From Trueperaceae bacterium (GTDB lineage Bacteria > Deinococcota > Deinococci > Deinococcales > Trueperaceae), in assembly GCA_023954415.1 (NCBI GenBank), contig JAMLIB010000002.1, positions 190,599-254,598 of the forward strand: a DNA stretch of 64,000 bases. The letters run 5' to 3'. Position numbers and translations under genes: made by a program. Positions within the stretch are counted from its first letter, which is position 1; every line of letters begins with the position of its first letter. Of this stretch, positions 27,575 through 36,855 are shown piece after piece. Under the pieces are notes generated by a model, which had not been told where the DNA came from, did not search any database, and worked only from the letters and a program-made list of their open reading frames with translations.

Positions 27575-28918
27575 TCACGCCGGCATCACGACCCTGACAA
27601 CGGCCCCGCCGCCCGCCCCGCGCCCAGCGCTCACGCTGCCGCCGTGCGCCTCGACGATGGCCTTCACGATCGCGAGCCCGAGCCCGCTCCCGCCGCCATC
27701 GCGCGCGCGGCTCTCATCCAGGCGGTAGAAGCGCTCGAACACGCGCGCCTCCGTGCCCTCCGGGAAACCCACGCCCGTGTCGGAGACCTCCAACACCACG
27801 TCGCCGCCGTCGCGCTCGACCCCGACCGCGACCCGACCGCCCGCCGGCGTGTAGCGCACGGCGTTGTCGAGCAGGTTCCCGAGTACCTGCAGCATCCGCT
27901 CCCCGTCCAGGAGCGCCGCCACGCGACCTTCGCCCGTCACCTCCACGCCGACGCCCTTCTCGGCGGCGCGTACCCGGTAGCCGGCCGCCGCCGACCTGGC
28001 CAGCTCCGTCAGGTCGAGCTCCCGCGGGTGCAGGGTCAGCTTGCCGGAGTCGGCGAGGGACAGCACGCGCAGGTCCTCGACGAGGCGGGTCAGGACCAGC
28101 ACCTGGGAGTGCATGTCTCCGACCTCGACGAGAGTGAGAGGGGCCACGCCGTCCTCCAGCGCCTCCATGCGGCCCCGCAGCACGGTCAGCGGGGTGCGCA
28201 GCTCATGGGCCACGTCCGCTACCATGTCGCGGCGTTGCCGCTCGAGCCGCTGCAGGCTGTCGGCCATGGCGTTGAACGACTGGGCAAGGCGCACGGTCTC
28301 GTCCTTGCTCCCCTGGTGGCTCGGCGCCAAGGGCACCCTGGCCGTGAGGTCGCCGGCCGCCACGCTGTTCGCGGCCACGGCCACCCGCTGGATGGGCCTG
28401 GCGATGATGCGCGCGAGGAGCAGCCCCAGCCCGACGGCGAGCGCGAGGGCGAGCGTGGCCGTGCCGATCACGGTAGCGGCGCGCGCCTCGAGCGAGCCCC
28501 GCATGTAGGCGCCCAGGTCGCCGAGCGCCACCCATGAGCCCGCCCCCGCCTCGCCGCTCGGCGCCTGCAGGGGAGTGCCCGCCACGCTCGGCACCGGCGC
28601 CGAGGCTCCCGGGCCGCCCGACGCTACCGGCTCGGAGCCCGCCGCTTGCGCTCCGGGCTGAAGCTGTGCCTGGCCCCGCCCCTGGGCCACCTCCCAGGGC
28701 GGCACCGTGACCACCGCGACGAACCCGCCGGGTGCCCACCGGCGCGGGAAGAGGACGGCCCGCCCGACCTGCTCGGCGCTGAGCGGCGAGCGCTCGGAGG
28801 CGGGCAGCTCACGGTTGTCGCGCGCGATAGCGGCCAGCTGCGGCAGGCTCATGAGGAGCACCGTCACGAGCGTCACGCCGACGAACGCGAGCACCAGCCT
28901 CGTGCCGAGGCGCTTCAC
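27575..28918 (-). CDS. Sensor histidine kinase (two TMs, periplasmic loop, HAMP, HisKA, HATPase_c)
   Basis: 447 aa with H-box VAHELRTPLT, N-box LLDNAVRYTP and G-box GGSGLGLAIVKAIV. It overlaps the response regulator stop. Confidence 0.9.
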   Translation of the reverse strand: MKRLGTRLVLAFVGVTLVTVLLMSLPQLAAIARDNRELPASERSPLSAEQVGRAVLFPRRWAPGGFVAVVTVPPWEVAQGRGQAQLQPGAQAAGSEPVASGGPGASAPVPSVAGTPLQAPSGEAGAGSWVALGDLGAYMRGSLEARAATVIGTATLALALAVGLGLLLARIIARPIQRVAVAANSVAAGDLTARVPLAPSHQGSKDETVRLAQSFNAMADSLQRLERQRRDMVADVAHELRTPLTVLRGRMEALEDGVAPLTLVEVGDMHSQVLVLTRLVEDLRVLSLADSGKLTLHPRELDLTELARSAAAGYRVRAAEKGVGVEVTGEGRVAALLDGERMLQVLGNLLDNAVRYTPAGGRVAVGVERDGGDVVLEVSDTGVGFPEGTEARVFERFYRLDESRARDGGGSGLGLAIVKAIVEAHGGSVSAGRGAGGGAVVRVVMPA

Positions 28919-29592
28919 GCCACACCGGCGACGAGCTTGAAGCCGAGGCCCCTGACCGTCACCAGCTGGTCGCCGGCGCCGACGCTCGCCAGCTTCCGCC
29001 GCAGGTTCTTGAGGTGCGAGTCGAGGCTGCGCTCCAGGAGGTCGTGCTCCGGCAACGCCCGCTCGATGAGCTCGCCGCGGTCGAACAGCCGGCCCGGGGC
29101 GGCGGCCAGCGCGGCCAGGATGCGGAACTCCGTGGCGGTCAGGGGCAGGACCTCGGCGTCCGCGGCGGCCGTGCCCCGCGCCACGTCGACCCGCAGCCGC
29201 CCGACGCGCAGCGGCAGCTCACCGACGTCCTGGGCGTAGCTCCGCCGCAACACCGCGCGCACGCGCGCCACGAGCTCGCGGAAGGAGAACGGCTTGACGA
29301 CGTAGTCGTCGGCGCCGAGGCCCAGGCCGAGCAACCGGTCGTCCTCCTCCCCGCGCGCCGTGAGCAGGATGACGGGCACGACGCTGCGGCTCCTGATGGC
29401 CTCAAGCACGTGGAAACCGTCGAGCTCGGGCAGCATCACGTCCAGCAGGACCAGGTCCGGGACCGCGGCGCGGAAGAGACGCAGCGCCTCGGGGCCGGTG
29501 GTCGCCACCTCCGTAGCCAACCCCTCGCGCTTCAGGTAGCCCTCGAGGGTCCGGGAGATGCCGCGTTCGTCCTCTACGATCAGGACCTTCAT
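28915..29592 (-). CDS. OmpR-family response regulator
   Basis: Start chosen at MKVLIVEDERG (29592). Receiver DLVLLDVMLPELDG. Winged helix LTATEFRILAALAAAPGRLFDRGELI...HLKNLRRKL. Confidence 0.92.
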   Translation of the reverse strand: MKVLIVEDERGISRTLEGYLKREGLATEVATTGPEALRLFRAAVPDLVLLDVMLPELDGFHVLEAIRSRSVVPVILLTARGEEDDRLLGLGLGADDYVVKPFSFRELVARVRAVLRRSYAQDVGELPLRVGRLRVDVARGTAAADAEVLPLTATEFRILAALAAAPGRLFDRGELIERALPEHDLLERSLDSHLKNLRRKLASVGAGDQLVTVRGLGFKLVAGVA

Positions 29593-29822
29593 GCCAGCGC
29601 TGTCTGTCTCGCCCATACCCACGACGTTAGGGCGGCTCTGTGTAGTTCCCGTGAAGGTCTTGGCGGGGTGCCCGACGGTTCTCCCCACGGCCCATGACCC
29701 CGACGGAGGTGGCGTTGCCGACGCTCTCTCCCCCTCCTCCGAGTCTGCACACGCCGCCCCTAGCCTGCTGCCAGGCCGGGACCAGCCCCAGCGTGGGCGC
29801 CGGCCGCCCGAAGGGAGAGAAC

Positions 29823-30449
29823 ATGAGGAAGCGTTACCTGATCGTCACGCTCGGTGCGTTGGCCGTGGTCGTCGGGGCCGTGGCTCTGGCGCAGTCGGCC
29901 ACCGACACGGGCGTCCAGGCAAGCCTCGCGGAGCTGCGAGGCAAGGCCCAGCGCCTGACCGCGCTCGCGCAGGTGCCGGCCGACGCGCGGCCCGAGGCGC
30001 AGGCGCTGCTCGACCGCGCCGACGCGCTGCGAGCCAGCGCGCAGGAGCTCGAGGTCGAGCGCCTGCAGGCGTACATAGCGGCCTTGGAGGCAGGCGACTC
30101 GCCGGCGGTGGCGACGCAGTCCGCCGCCGCGCAGGTCAGCGAGAAGACGGTGGAGCTGACGCGCCAGCAGGAGGCCTTGCGCACGGACGTGGAAGCGTTC
30201 CTGGCGGACCACCCGGAAGCGGCGAGCGCGTTGCGCATCCGCTCCAACCTGCTCGGCAACGGCGGGGGCAGCGGGCCAGGCGACGGCGCGTACGGGTTCG
30301 GCAGCCATATAGGCGGCCATATGGGCAGCCATATGGGCAGCCCCGGTGCCTCGAACGGGTTCGGCGACATGCGCCACGCAGCGCCGTCCCCCCAGGGCCA
30401 GCAGCAAGGCCAACCGCAGCAGCAAGGCCGGGAAGGGGGGCGCCGCTAG
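29823..30449 (+). CDS. Secreted helical protein with a His/Met/Gly-rich and Gln-rich C-terminal tail (CpxP/Spy/ZraP-like periplasmic stress or metal-binding protein)
   Basis: ATG at 29823 (GGGAGAG upstream). Signal MRKRYLIVTLGALAVVVGAVALAQS, then Ala/Leu/Gln/Glu-rich helices. The tail is GSHIGGHMGSHMGSPG...PQGQQQGQPQQQG. Divergent from the two-component system. Confidence 0.6.
   Translation: MRKRYLIVTLGALAVVVGAVALAQSATDTGVQASLAELRGKAQRLTALAQVPADARPEAQALLDRADALRASAQELEVERLQAYIAALEAGDSPAVATQSAAAQVSEKTVELTRQQEALRTDVEAFLADHPEAASALRIRSNLLGNGGGSGPGDGAYGFGSHIGGHMGSHMGSPGASNGFGDMRHAAPSPQGQQQGQPQQQGREGGRR
30300..30342 (+). repeat. 12-bp tandem repeat (about 3.5 copies) encoding G-S/G-H-I/M units
   Basis: GGCAGCCATATA GGCGGCCATATG GGCAGCCATATG GGCAGCC, read directly. 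Confidence 0.85.
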
Positions 30450-30490
30450 GAGACTAGCTACCCTGCAGCCGCCACACGCGAGACTAGGAG

Positions 30491-30519
30491 GCCGCCGCTA
30501 CAGCTCGAGTAGCGGCGGC
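30491..30519 (+). terminator. Stem-loop (10-bp perfect stem) downstream of the His/Met-rich protein gene
   Basis: GCCGCCGCTA cagctcgag TAGCGGCGGC. No strong U-tract follows (tctatcacacctttggg), so terminator function is tentative. Confidence 0.45.
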
Positions 30520-30549
30520 TCTATCACACCTTTGGGCTCAGGCACCGCT

Positions 30550-30577
30550 CCGACATGTACGAGCCGTCGACATATCG
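30550..30577 (+). repeat. Left copy of the imperfect direct repeat bracketing the fic gene
   Basis: CCGACATGTACgAGCCgTCGACAtaTC compared with CCGACATGTACaAGCCcTCGACAcgTC at 31834-31860. Both copies could encode MY(E/K)PST. Confidence 0.6.
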
Positions 30578-30631
30578 GCTGGACGTGTCGAAAGATCGCC
30601 GTTTTCTCGACATATGTGATATCCTGCCGGG

Positions 30632-31747
30632 GTGTCCGCTACTTCATGGGATCCCCGCTCCCCATACGACGGGTTGCCGGATCTTCCACCGCCTATGGAG
30701 CTCGAGACCCGCGCCGTGCTCAAGGCAACGGTAGCTGCTCGAGCCGCCCTGGCAGAACTGAAACAGGCCGCTAACCTCATACCGAACCAAGCGATGCTGA
30801 TCAGCACGCTTCCGCTTCTCGAGGCCCAGGCCAGTTCCGAGATAGAGAACGTCGTGACGACTGCCGACAAGCTGTTCCAAGCGCTCTCGATCGACGAGAG
30901 CTCGGATCCTGCCACCAGGGAGGCGCTCAGGTACCGGGAGGCCCTGATCACGGGTTTCCGGGAACTAACCGGTCGGCCACTTGGGGTACGAACCGCTGAG
31001 GCGATAGCCACTCGCATCAAAGGCGTAGAGATGAGCGTGCGCACGTTCGAAACCGTCATCATCGCCAACCCAGTCTCACGCGATGTGATCTACACACCAC
31101 CAGAGAGCCACGCCCGTCGTCGAGAGTTGCTGGCGAACTGGGAGCGGTTCATGCACGATGACGAACCGGCTTTGGACCCGCTGATCCGCTTAGCCGTCGG
31201 ACACTACCAGTTCGAAGCGATCCATCCCTTCACGGACGGTAACGGCCGCACAGGGCGAGTCCTGAACAGCCTCTACCTCATCGAGGCAGGGCTACTGACG
31301 CTTCCGGTGCTGTATCTGAGCCGGTACATCCTCGCGAACCGCCCTGCCTACTACCGGCTGCTACTCGCGGTCACTTCCGATTCTGCCTGGGAGCCTTGGC
31401 TGCTCTACATGATTCGAGGAATCGAGGAGACCGCCAGCTGGACCCTCGAGAAGATCTCTGCGATACGCGGGTTGATGGACTCAACGCGTGACTACGTCAG
31501 GACACAGTTACCCCGCATATACACGCGCGAACTCGTGGATGCCATCTTCGAACAACCCTACACACGCATAGGCACGATGGTCGAGAATGGGTTGGTCGGG
31601 CGCCAGACAGCATCGCGTTACCTCAAAGAGCTGGTCCGAATCGGGGTACTTTCCGAGCGCAAGGTTGGGCGCGACAAGCTGTTCATCAACACGCGCCTGC
31701 TGACGCTCCTGACGACAGAAGCGGCCGAACTCGTTCCATTCGGGTAA
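30632..31747 (+). CDS. fic: Fic family protein (Fic_N, Fic core and C-terminal winged-helix type; AMPylase-type motif, auto-inhibited class)
   Basis: 371 aa with a GTG start. Active-site motif HPFTDGNGRTGR. N-terminal inhibitory-helix motif SSEIEN ([ST]xxxE[GN]). GC content is visibly lower than in the flanks. Confidence 0.92.
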   Translation: MSATSWDPRSPYDGLPDLPPPMELETRAVLKATVAARAALAELKQAANLIPNQAMLISTLPLLEAQASSEIENVVTTADKLFQALSIDESSDPATREALRYREALITGFRELTGRPLGVRTAEAIATRIKGVEMSVRTFETVIIANPVSRDVIYTPPESHARRRELLANWERFMHDDEPALDPLIRLAVGHYQFEAIHPFTDGNGRTGRVLNSLYLIEAGLLTLPVLYLSRYILANRPAYYRLLLAVTSDSAWEPWLLYMIRGIEETASWTLEKISAIRGLMDSTRDYVRTQLPRIYTRELVDAIFEQPYTRIGTMVENGLVGRQTASRYLKELVRIGVLSERKVGRDKLFINTRLLTLLTTEAAELVPFG

Positions 31748-31769
31748 CACGCCTACTCGGACTCGACCG

Positions 31770-31792
31770 CGTGCCGCTACAGCCACGGCACG
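31770..31792 (+). terminator. Stem-loop after fic (7-bp stem) sharing CCGCTACAGC with the 30491 hairpin
   Basis: CGTGCCG ctacagcca CGGCACG, read directly. Confidence 0.35.
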
Positions 31793-31833
31793 AGCATCTG
31801 TCGAATAACGGGCGATATCTCGACAAGTCCCGC

Positions 31834-31860
31834 CCGACATGTACAAGCCCTCGACACGTC
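31834..31860 (+). repeat. Right copy of the imperfect direct repeat bracketing the fic gene
   Basis: See the left copy: 21 of 23 core positions are identical, in the same orientation. Confidence 0.6.
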
Positions 31861-31970
31861 CACCGTCCGCCCGGTCACCCACCCCGTGCGACCCCCGGTT
31901 ACGCTTCGCACATGCAGCCCTCGAACGCCGGCGTCCGGCCCGCCCGACGCCCAGAACCGTCGTCCGCCAG

Positions 31971-32441
31971 ATGACCGGCGCCGCCGACCTCGTCTGGCTC
32001 GTCGTCCTCGTCGTCTCCGCCAGCGTCTGGCTCGGCGGCCTCCTGACCATGCCCGTGGTGGCCAGAGCCGCGAGCGCCACGCTGGCCCCGCTCGACCGCG
32101 TGGCCTTCTTCAGGGCGCTAGGCCGCGCCTACCTGCCCGTCGGCGGGTCGGCGCTCACCCTGGCCCTCCTCAGCGGCGCCGTGCTCCTGCGCGAGCGTGA
32201 GTGGGACGGGCTCCTCGTAGCCAGCGCCATCACGGCCGCCGCGCTTGTCGGAGCGCTGGCCCTCGGGGTCGCGCAGGCGCGGCGGATGACGCGCCTGCGC
32301 CAGGCGGCAGGCGCCGCGCCGCAGGACGCCGACTTGGGCGGCCGCGTCCGCCGCGGCGGCCGGTCGGCCGTGGCGTTGCGCGCGCTCATCGGCCTGCTCA
32401 GCCTCGCCCTCGTCGTGCTCGGCTGTCTCCTCCTCACCTGA
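31971..32441 (+). CDS. Small integral membrane protein (about 4 TMs), unknown function
   Basis: ATG at 31971: MTGAADLVWLVVLVVSASVWLGGLL.... Hydrophobic segments throughout. The upstream part of the ORF-track version (from 31839) looks non-coding. Confidence 0.55.
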   Translation: MTGAADLVWLVVLVVSASVWLGGLLTMPVVARAASATLAPLDRVAFFRALGRAYLPVGGSALTLALLSGAVLLREREWDGLLVASAITAAALVGALALGVAQARRMTRLRQAAGAAPQDADLGGRVRRGGRSAVALRALIGLLSLALVVLGCLLLT

Positions 32442-32488
32442 GGCGCCCCACCCCGCCTGGCGCGTTCCGTCACGTCTTACACTCACGC

Positions 32489-34300
32489 ATGGCGAAGCCC
32501 CTACCAGACCGCAAGGACGTAGACCCCGCCTTCACCTGGAACCTCCAGGCCGCGTACGAGACCGAGGCGGCGTTCGAGGCCGACCTCGCAGGCGCCGACC
32601 AGGACCTCACCCGCCTCCTCGCCTTCCAGGGGCGGCTAGGCGAAGGCGCCAAGGTCGTAGCCGACTTCTTCGACGCCTACTGGCCCACGCTCGAGAAGCT
32701 GCAGCGGCTGCGCATCTACGCCACCATGCCGCTGGCCGTCGACCAGAACGACCAGGCGGGGCGCGCGCGGGCCGGGCGCTTCCAGGCGCTCGCGGCGCGC
32801 TTCAGCACGGACCTCGCGTTCGCGCAGCCCGAGCTCCTCGCCATCGGCGCCGAGCGCCTCGCCAGGTTCCAGGCGCAAGAGCCCCGCCTCGCGGACCTGA
32901 CGCGCTACTTCGAGCGGCTCGAGGAGAGCCGGCCGCACGTGCGCAGCTCGGAGGTCGAGGACGTGATCGGCCGCGCCGCCGACCCCGCCAGCGCCTTCGA
33001 GCGCGCCTACAACTCCCTCGCGAACGGCGAGCTGCCGTTCAAGGCGGTGGAGCATGCGGGCCAGACACACGAGGTGGCGCGCAGCACGTACCCTTCCCTG
33101 ATCGCGTCGCCGGACAGGGGGCTGAGGGAGAAAGCGTACGACTCGTACACGCGTGCGTTCCTGGCCCATAAGGACACGCTCACGGACCTTTACGTCGGGC
33201 GCATCAAGCAGTCCGTCTTCACGGCCCGCGTGCGCGGCTACGAGGACACCGTGGCCGAGCAGCTCGAGCCGCGCGAGGTGCCGCGCGAGGTCCTCACCAA
33301 CGTGCTCGACGTGTTCAAGAAGAACGTCGGCGTCTGGCACCGCTACTGGGAGGCGCGCCGCAAGCTCCTGGGGGTCGAGAGGCTCGCCGAATGGGACGTG
33401 TTCGCGCCCCTCGCCGACACGCCGCCGCTACCGTACTCGCGGGCGATAGAGCACGTGCTCGCCGGCATGGCCCCACTGGGAGAGGAGTACCTGACGCCCC
33501 TACGCAAGGGCCTGCTCGAGGACCGCTGGGTGGACGTGTACCCGAACAGGGGCAAGCGCGACGGGGCGTTCGCGACGCGGTTCTACCGCGGACAGTCCTA
33601 CGTCATGATGAGCTACCAGGACAACCTGGAGAGCATGAGCACCCTGGCGCACGAGCTTGGGCACGTCATGCACTCCCGGCTGATGGACGAGCGCCAGCCG
33701 CTGGCCAACGCTAACTACGCCATGATCGTGGCGGAGACGGCCTCCAACTTCAACCAGGCGCTCGTGCGCGCTCACCTCCTGAGCGTCACGACCGAGCGCC
33801 AGGCGCGCCTCGCCGTCCTCGAGGAGGCGTTCCACAACTTCCACCGCTACTTCTTCATCATGCCGACCCTCGTGCGCTTCGAGTTGGAGACGCACCAGGC
33901 CGTGGAGCGAGGCGAGGGGCTGACGGCGCAGCGGCTCGTGAGCAGCATGCAGCGGCTCTATCAGGAAGGTTACGGCGCCGCCATCCAGGCCGACGAGCGC
34001 ACGGGCATAACGTGGGCGCAGTTCGGACACCTGTACATGCCGTTCTACACGTTCCAGTACGCCGTCGGCATCGCGGCGGCCGCGGCCCTCGCGGCCGACG
34101 TGCGCGCCGGCTTCGAGCGCGGGGACGACGAGCCCGCGCGGCGTTACCTCGAGTTCCTGAAGGCGGGCTCGGCGCTCAAACCGCTCGACCTCTTCCGCTC
34201 CGCGGGCGTAGACATGGCGACGCCCGCGCCCATCGAGAAGGCGTTCGCGGTGGTGGAAGGCCACGTGCGCGAGCTGGAGGAGCTGGCCGCGAGCGCCTGA
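32489..34300 (+). CDS. pepF: Oligoendopeptidase F (M3B family)
   Basis: Start at MAKPLPDRKDVDPAFTWNL (ATG 32489). Zinc motif HELGHVMH. About 603 aa, typical for PepF. Confidence 0.9.
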   Translation: MAKPLPDRKDVDPAFTWNLQAAYETEAAFEADLAGADQDLTRLLAFQGRLGEGAKVVADFFDAYWPTLEKLQRLRIYATMPLAVDQNDQAGRARAGRFQALAARFSTDLAFAQPELLAIGAERLARFQAQEPRLADLTRYFERLEESRPHVRSSEVEDVIGRAADPASAFERAYNSLANGELPFKAVEHAGQTHEVARSTYPSLIASPDRGLREKAYDSYTRAFLAHKDTLTDLYVGRIKQSVFTARVRGYEDTVAEQLEPREVPREVLTNVLDVFKKNVGVWHRYWEARRKLLGVERLAEWDVFAPLADTPPLPYSRAIEHVLAGMAPLGEEYLTPLRKGLLEDRWVDVYPNRGKRDGAFATRFYRGQSYVMMSYQDNLESMSTLAHELGHVMHSRLMDERQPLANANYAMIVAETASNFNQALVRAHLLSVTTERQARLAVLEEAFHNFHRYFFIMPTLVRFELETHQAVERGEGLTAQRLVSSMQRLYQEGYGAAIQADERTGITWAQFGHLYMPFYTFQYAVGIAAAAALAADVRAGFERGDDEPARRYLEFLKAGSALKPLDLFRSAGVDMATPAPIEKAFAVVEGHVRELEELAASA

Positions 34301-34304
34301 GGCC

Positions 34305-35552
34305 ATGACGCCGTTCCTGGAACTGATGCTGGTGCTGGCGATCGTGGTGGCAGGCGCGAAGCTGGCCGGTTGGGCGTTGGGGCTGCTCGGTCAGCCGACC
34401 GTCGTGGGCGAGATCGCCTTCGGCCTGCTGCTGGGTCCTACGGCGCTGGACCTCCTCGGCATGCCCCTTCTCACACATGCAGCCGAGACCGGCGAGACCA
34501 TCAAGCTCCTCGGCGAGCTGGGCGTGGTGCTGCTCATGTTCGTGGCCGGCCTGGAGACGGACATGCCTGCCATGCGCAAGGTGGGCATGCCCGCGCTCGT
34601 CTCCGCGGCGGGCGGGGTCGTGCTGCCGTTGGCAGCGGGCACCGGTTTCGGACTCCTCGTAGGCATGCCCATGGCGGAGGCCGTGTTCGTCGGCACCATC
34701 CTCACGGCGACCAGCGTCTCCATCAGCGCTCAGACGCTCCTCGAGCTGAAGAAGCTGCGCACGAAGGAGGGGATGACCATCCTGGGCGCGGCGGTGATAG
34801 ACGACGTGCTCGGCATCCTGATCCTCTCCGTCGTAGTGGCGCTCTTCGCGAGCGGCGGCAGCGCCGTGCCCATCTGGCTCGTGGCCCTGAAGATGGTCGC
34901 CTACTTCGCGGTCGGCATCGCGCTCGCCCCCGTCGTCAAGGCGCTGCTCCGATGGTTCGACAGGCTCCCGATCGCCCAACCGCTGGTCGCGCTCGCGCTC
35001 GTCCTCGTCCTCTTCTACTCGTGGGCGGCGGAGTATTGGGGCGGCGTGGCGGCCATCACGGGCGCCTACCTCGTCGGCATCCTCATCGGCCAGACGGAGT
35101 TCAAGCACCGGCTCGAGAAGGCGACGCAGGTCTTCGCCTACGGCTTCTTCGTCTCCATCTTCTTCGTCGACATCGGCCTGCGTGCGAACCTGCGCGAGGC
35201 CTTGGGCGGACCGCTCGTGTGGGTCGCCCTGGCCATCATCGTCATCGCCGTCCTCACGAAGGTGCTCGGCTCAGGTTTCGGGGCGCGCGTCATGGGGTTC
35301 AGCAACTTCGAGGCGCTCCGCGTCGGCGCGGGCATGGTCTCGAGGGGCGAGGTGGGCCTCATCGTGGCGGCCATCGGCGTCGAGCGGGGGGTCATCCCCC
35401 AGGACCTGTTCGCGATCATGGTCCTGATGGTCGTGGTGACGACGCTCGTCACCCCGCTGTTCCTGCGGGCCACCTTCAAGTTCGGACCGCCGTCGGAAGA
35501 GCCGCGCGACGAGGCACGCGAGGTGAGCGCCCAGGCAGCCGGAGGCTCCTGA
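34305..35552 (+). CDS. Cation:proton antiporter (CPA2 / Na+-H+ exchanger family)
   Basis: 415 aa with about 12 TMs. Typical N-terminus LELMLVLAIVVAGAKLAG...LLGQPTVVGEIAFGLLLGP. Confidence 0.9.
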   Translation: MTPFLELMLVLAIVVAGAKLAGWALGLLGQPTVVGEIAFGLLLGPTALDLLGMPLLTHAAETGETIKLLGELGVVLLMFVAGLETDMPAMRKVGMPALVSAAGGVVLPLAAGTGFGLLVGMPMAEAVFVGTILTATSVSISAQTLLELKKLRTKEGMTILGAAVIDDVLGILILSVVVALFASGGSAVPIWLVALKMVAYFAVGIALAPVVKALLRWFDRLPIAQPLVALALVLVLFYSWAAEYWGGVAAITGAYLVGILIGQTEFKHRLEKATQVFAYGFFVSIFFVDIGLRANLREALGGPLVWVALAIIVIAVLTKVLGSGFGARVMGFSNFEALRVGAGMVSRGEVGLIVAAIGVERGVIPQDLFAIMVLMVVVTTLVTPLFLRATFKFGPPSEEPRDEAREVSAQAAGGS

Positions 35553-35565
35553 GAGGAGCAGGTCC

Positions 35566-36849
35566 TTGATCTCGGACGTTACCGCCGACGTGGCGATCAT
35601 CGGCGCCGGCATCGTCGGCGCGGCGGCGGCGTTCCGGCTGGCCGAGGGTGGCGCCAAGGTCGTCGTCCTCGAGGCGGCCGCCGCACCGGCCACCGGCTCG
35701 ACCGGCAAGAGCGCGGCGGGGGTTCGGGTCCAGTTCAGCGAGGCCGTCAACATCGAGCTCTCTTGGGCGTCCATCCGGGAGTACCGGGCCTTCCAGGAGC
35801 TCTACGGCGCCAGCTCGGGCTACGACCCGTTGGGCTACCTCTTCCTCGTGCCGGAAGAGCATGCGGCCGCCCACCGCGCTTCGACCGACCTGCAACGGCG
35901 GCTCGGCGTGCCGGTGGCTGAGCTAGGGCCGGAGGACGCCCAGGCGCTCGTGCCGTTCGCCGCCGAGGGGGTGGTGCTGGCCACGTTCGGAAGCGCCGAC
36001 GGGATCATCGACCCCCACGCCGTCACGCTCGCGTACCTGACCATGGCCAAGCGGCACGGCGCGCGCGTCTTCGTCGACTCGCCCGTGCGCTCGGCCGTAT
36101 GGGACGGCGCGAGCTGGCGGTTGGGCGTGGCCGCGGCCGCGCGAGTGAGCTCCGCGCTCGGCGCGACGGACCCGGTCGCGTCGGTCGCCCCGGTCGGCGC
36201 GACCGGCCCGATCAGCGCGACCGCCGGGGTCCGTGCGGCATTGACGGTGAGCGCGGGCATGGTCGTGAACGCCGCTGGGGCGTGGGCCGGCGAAGTAGCG
36301 GCGCTGGCCGGGCTACGAGTGCCGGTCGTGCCCGTGCTGCGCAGCGTGTACGCCACCGCCCCCCTGCCCGAACCGCACCGCTACCCGCTCACCGTCGACG
36401 TTGCCAGCGGCTACTACTTGAGGAGCGAGGGGCGGCGCGTGATCATGGGGCGGTCCAACCCGGAGCAGCCTCCCGGCTTCTTCCAGGGTGGCGACATGCA
36501 AGACCTGGAGCGCGTCGTCACGTTCGGCATGGCGCGTTTCCCGTGGCTCGCCGATGCCGGCCTGGACCGGCGCGCGTCCTGGTGGGGCTACTACGAGGTG
36601 ACGCCCGACGACCAGCCCGTCCTCGGGCGCATGCCGCCGTTGGCGCCCGGCGCCTCCGCCTGGCTGAACGCCTGCGGTTTCTCGGGTCACGGCGTGCAGC
36701 AGGCCGCGATGGTCGGCCGGTTGATCGCCGAGGAGGCGCTTCGGGGCAAGGCGACGGCCCTCGACATCACCCCGCTGCGCTACGAGCGTTTCCTGGACGA
36801 GAGCGGCGAGTACAGGGCCACCCGGCGACGCGAACTGAACATCGTCTGA
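35566..36849 (+). CDS. FAD-dependent oxidoreductase (DAO family: sarcosine/glycine oxidase-like)
   Basis: 427 aa with a TTG start. Dinucleotide fold DVAIIGAGIVGAAAAFRLAEGG. C-terminal ...GFSGHGVQQA.... An Ala/Val/Ser-rich insertion lies mid-protein. Confidence 0.85.
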   Translation: MISDVTADVAIIGAGIVGAAAAFRLAEGGAKVVVLEAAAAPATGSTGKSAAGVRVQFSEAVNIELSWASIREYRAFQELYGASSGYDPLGYLFLVPEEHAAAHRASTDLQRRLGVPVAELGPEDAQALVPFAAEGVVLATFGSADGIIDPHAVTLAYLTMAKRHGARVFVDSPVRSAVWDGASWRLGVAAAARVSSALGATDPVASVAPVGATGPISATAGVRAALTVSAGMVVNAAGAWAGEVAALAGLRVPVVPVLRSVYATAPLPEPHRYPLTVDVASGYYLRSEGRRVIMGRSNPEQPPGFFQGGDMQDLERVVTFGMARFPWLADAGLDRRASWWGYYEVTPDDQPVLGRMPPLAPGASAWLNACGFSGHGVQQAAMVGRLIAEEALRGKATALDITPLRYERFLDESGEYRATRRRELNIV

Positions 36850-36855
36850 GCGGCG

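Noticed and set aside
30538-31068. A 176-aa minus-strand ORF and the 142-aa plus-strand ORF at 30346..30774, both around the fic 5' region
   Set aside because: They lie antisense to, or out of frame with, fic and with the end of the His/Met-rich protein gene. They have no motifs and overlap the repeat/hairpin region that I interpret as non-coding.
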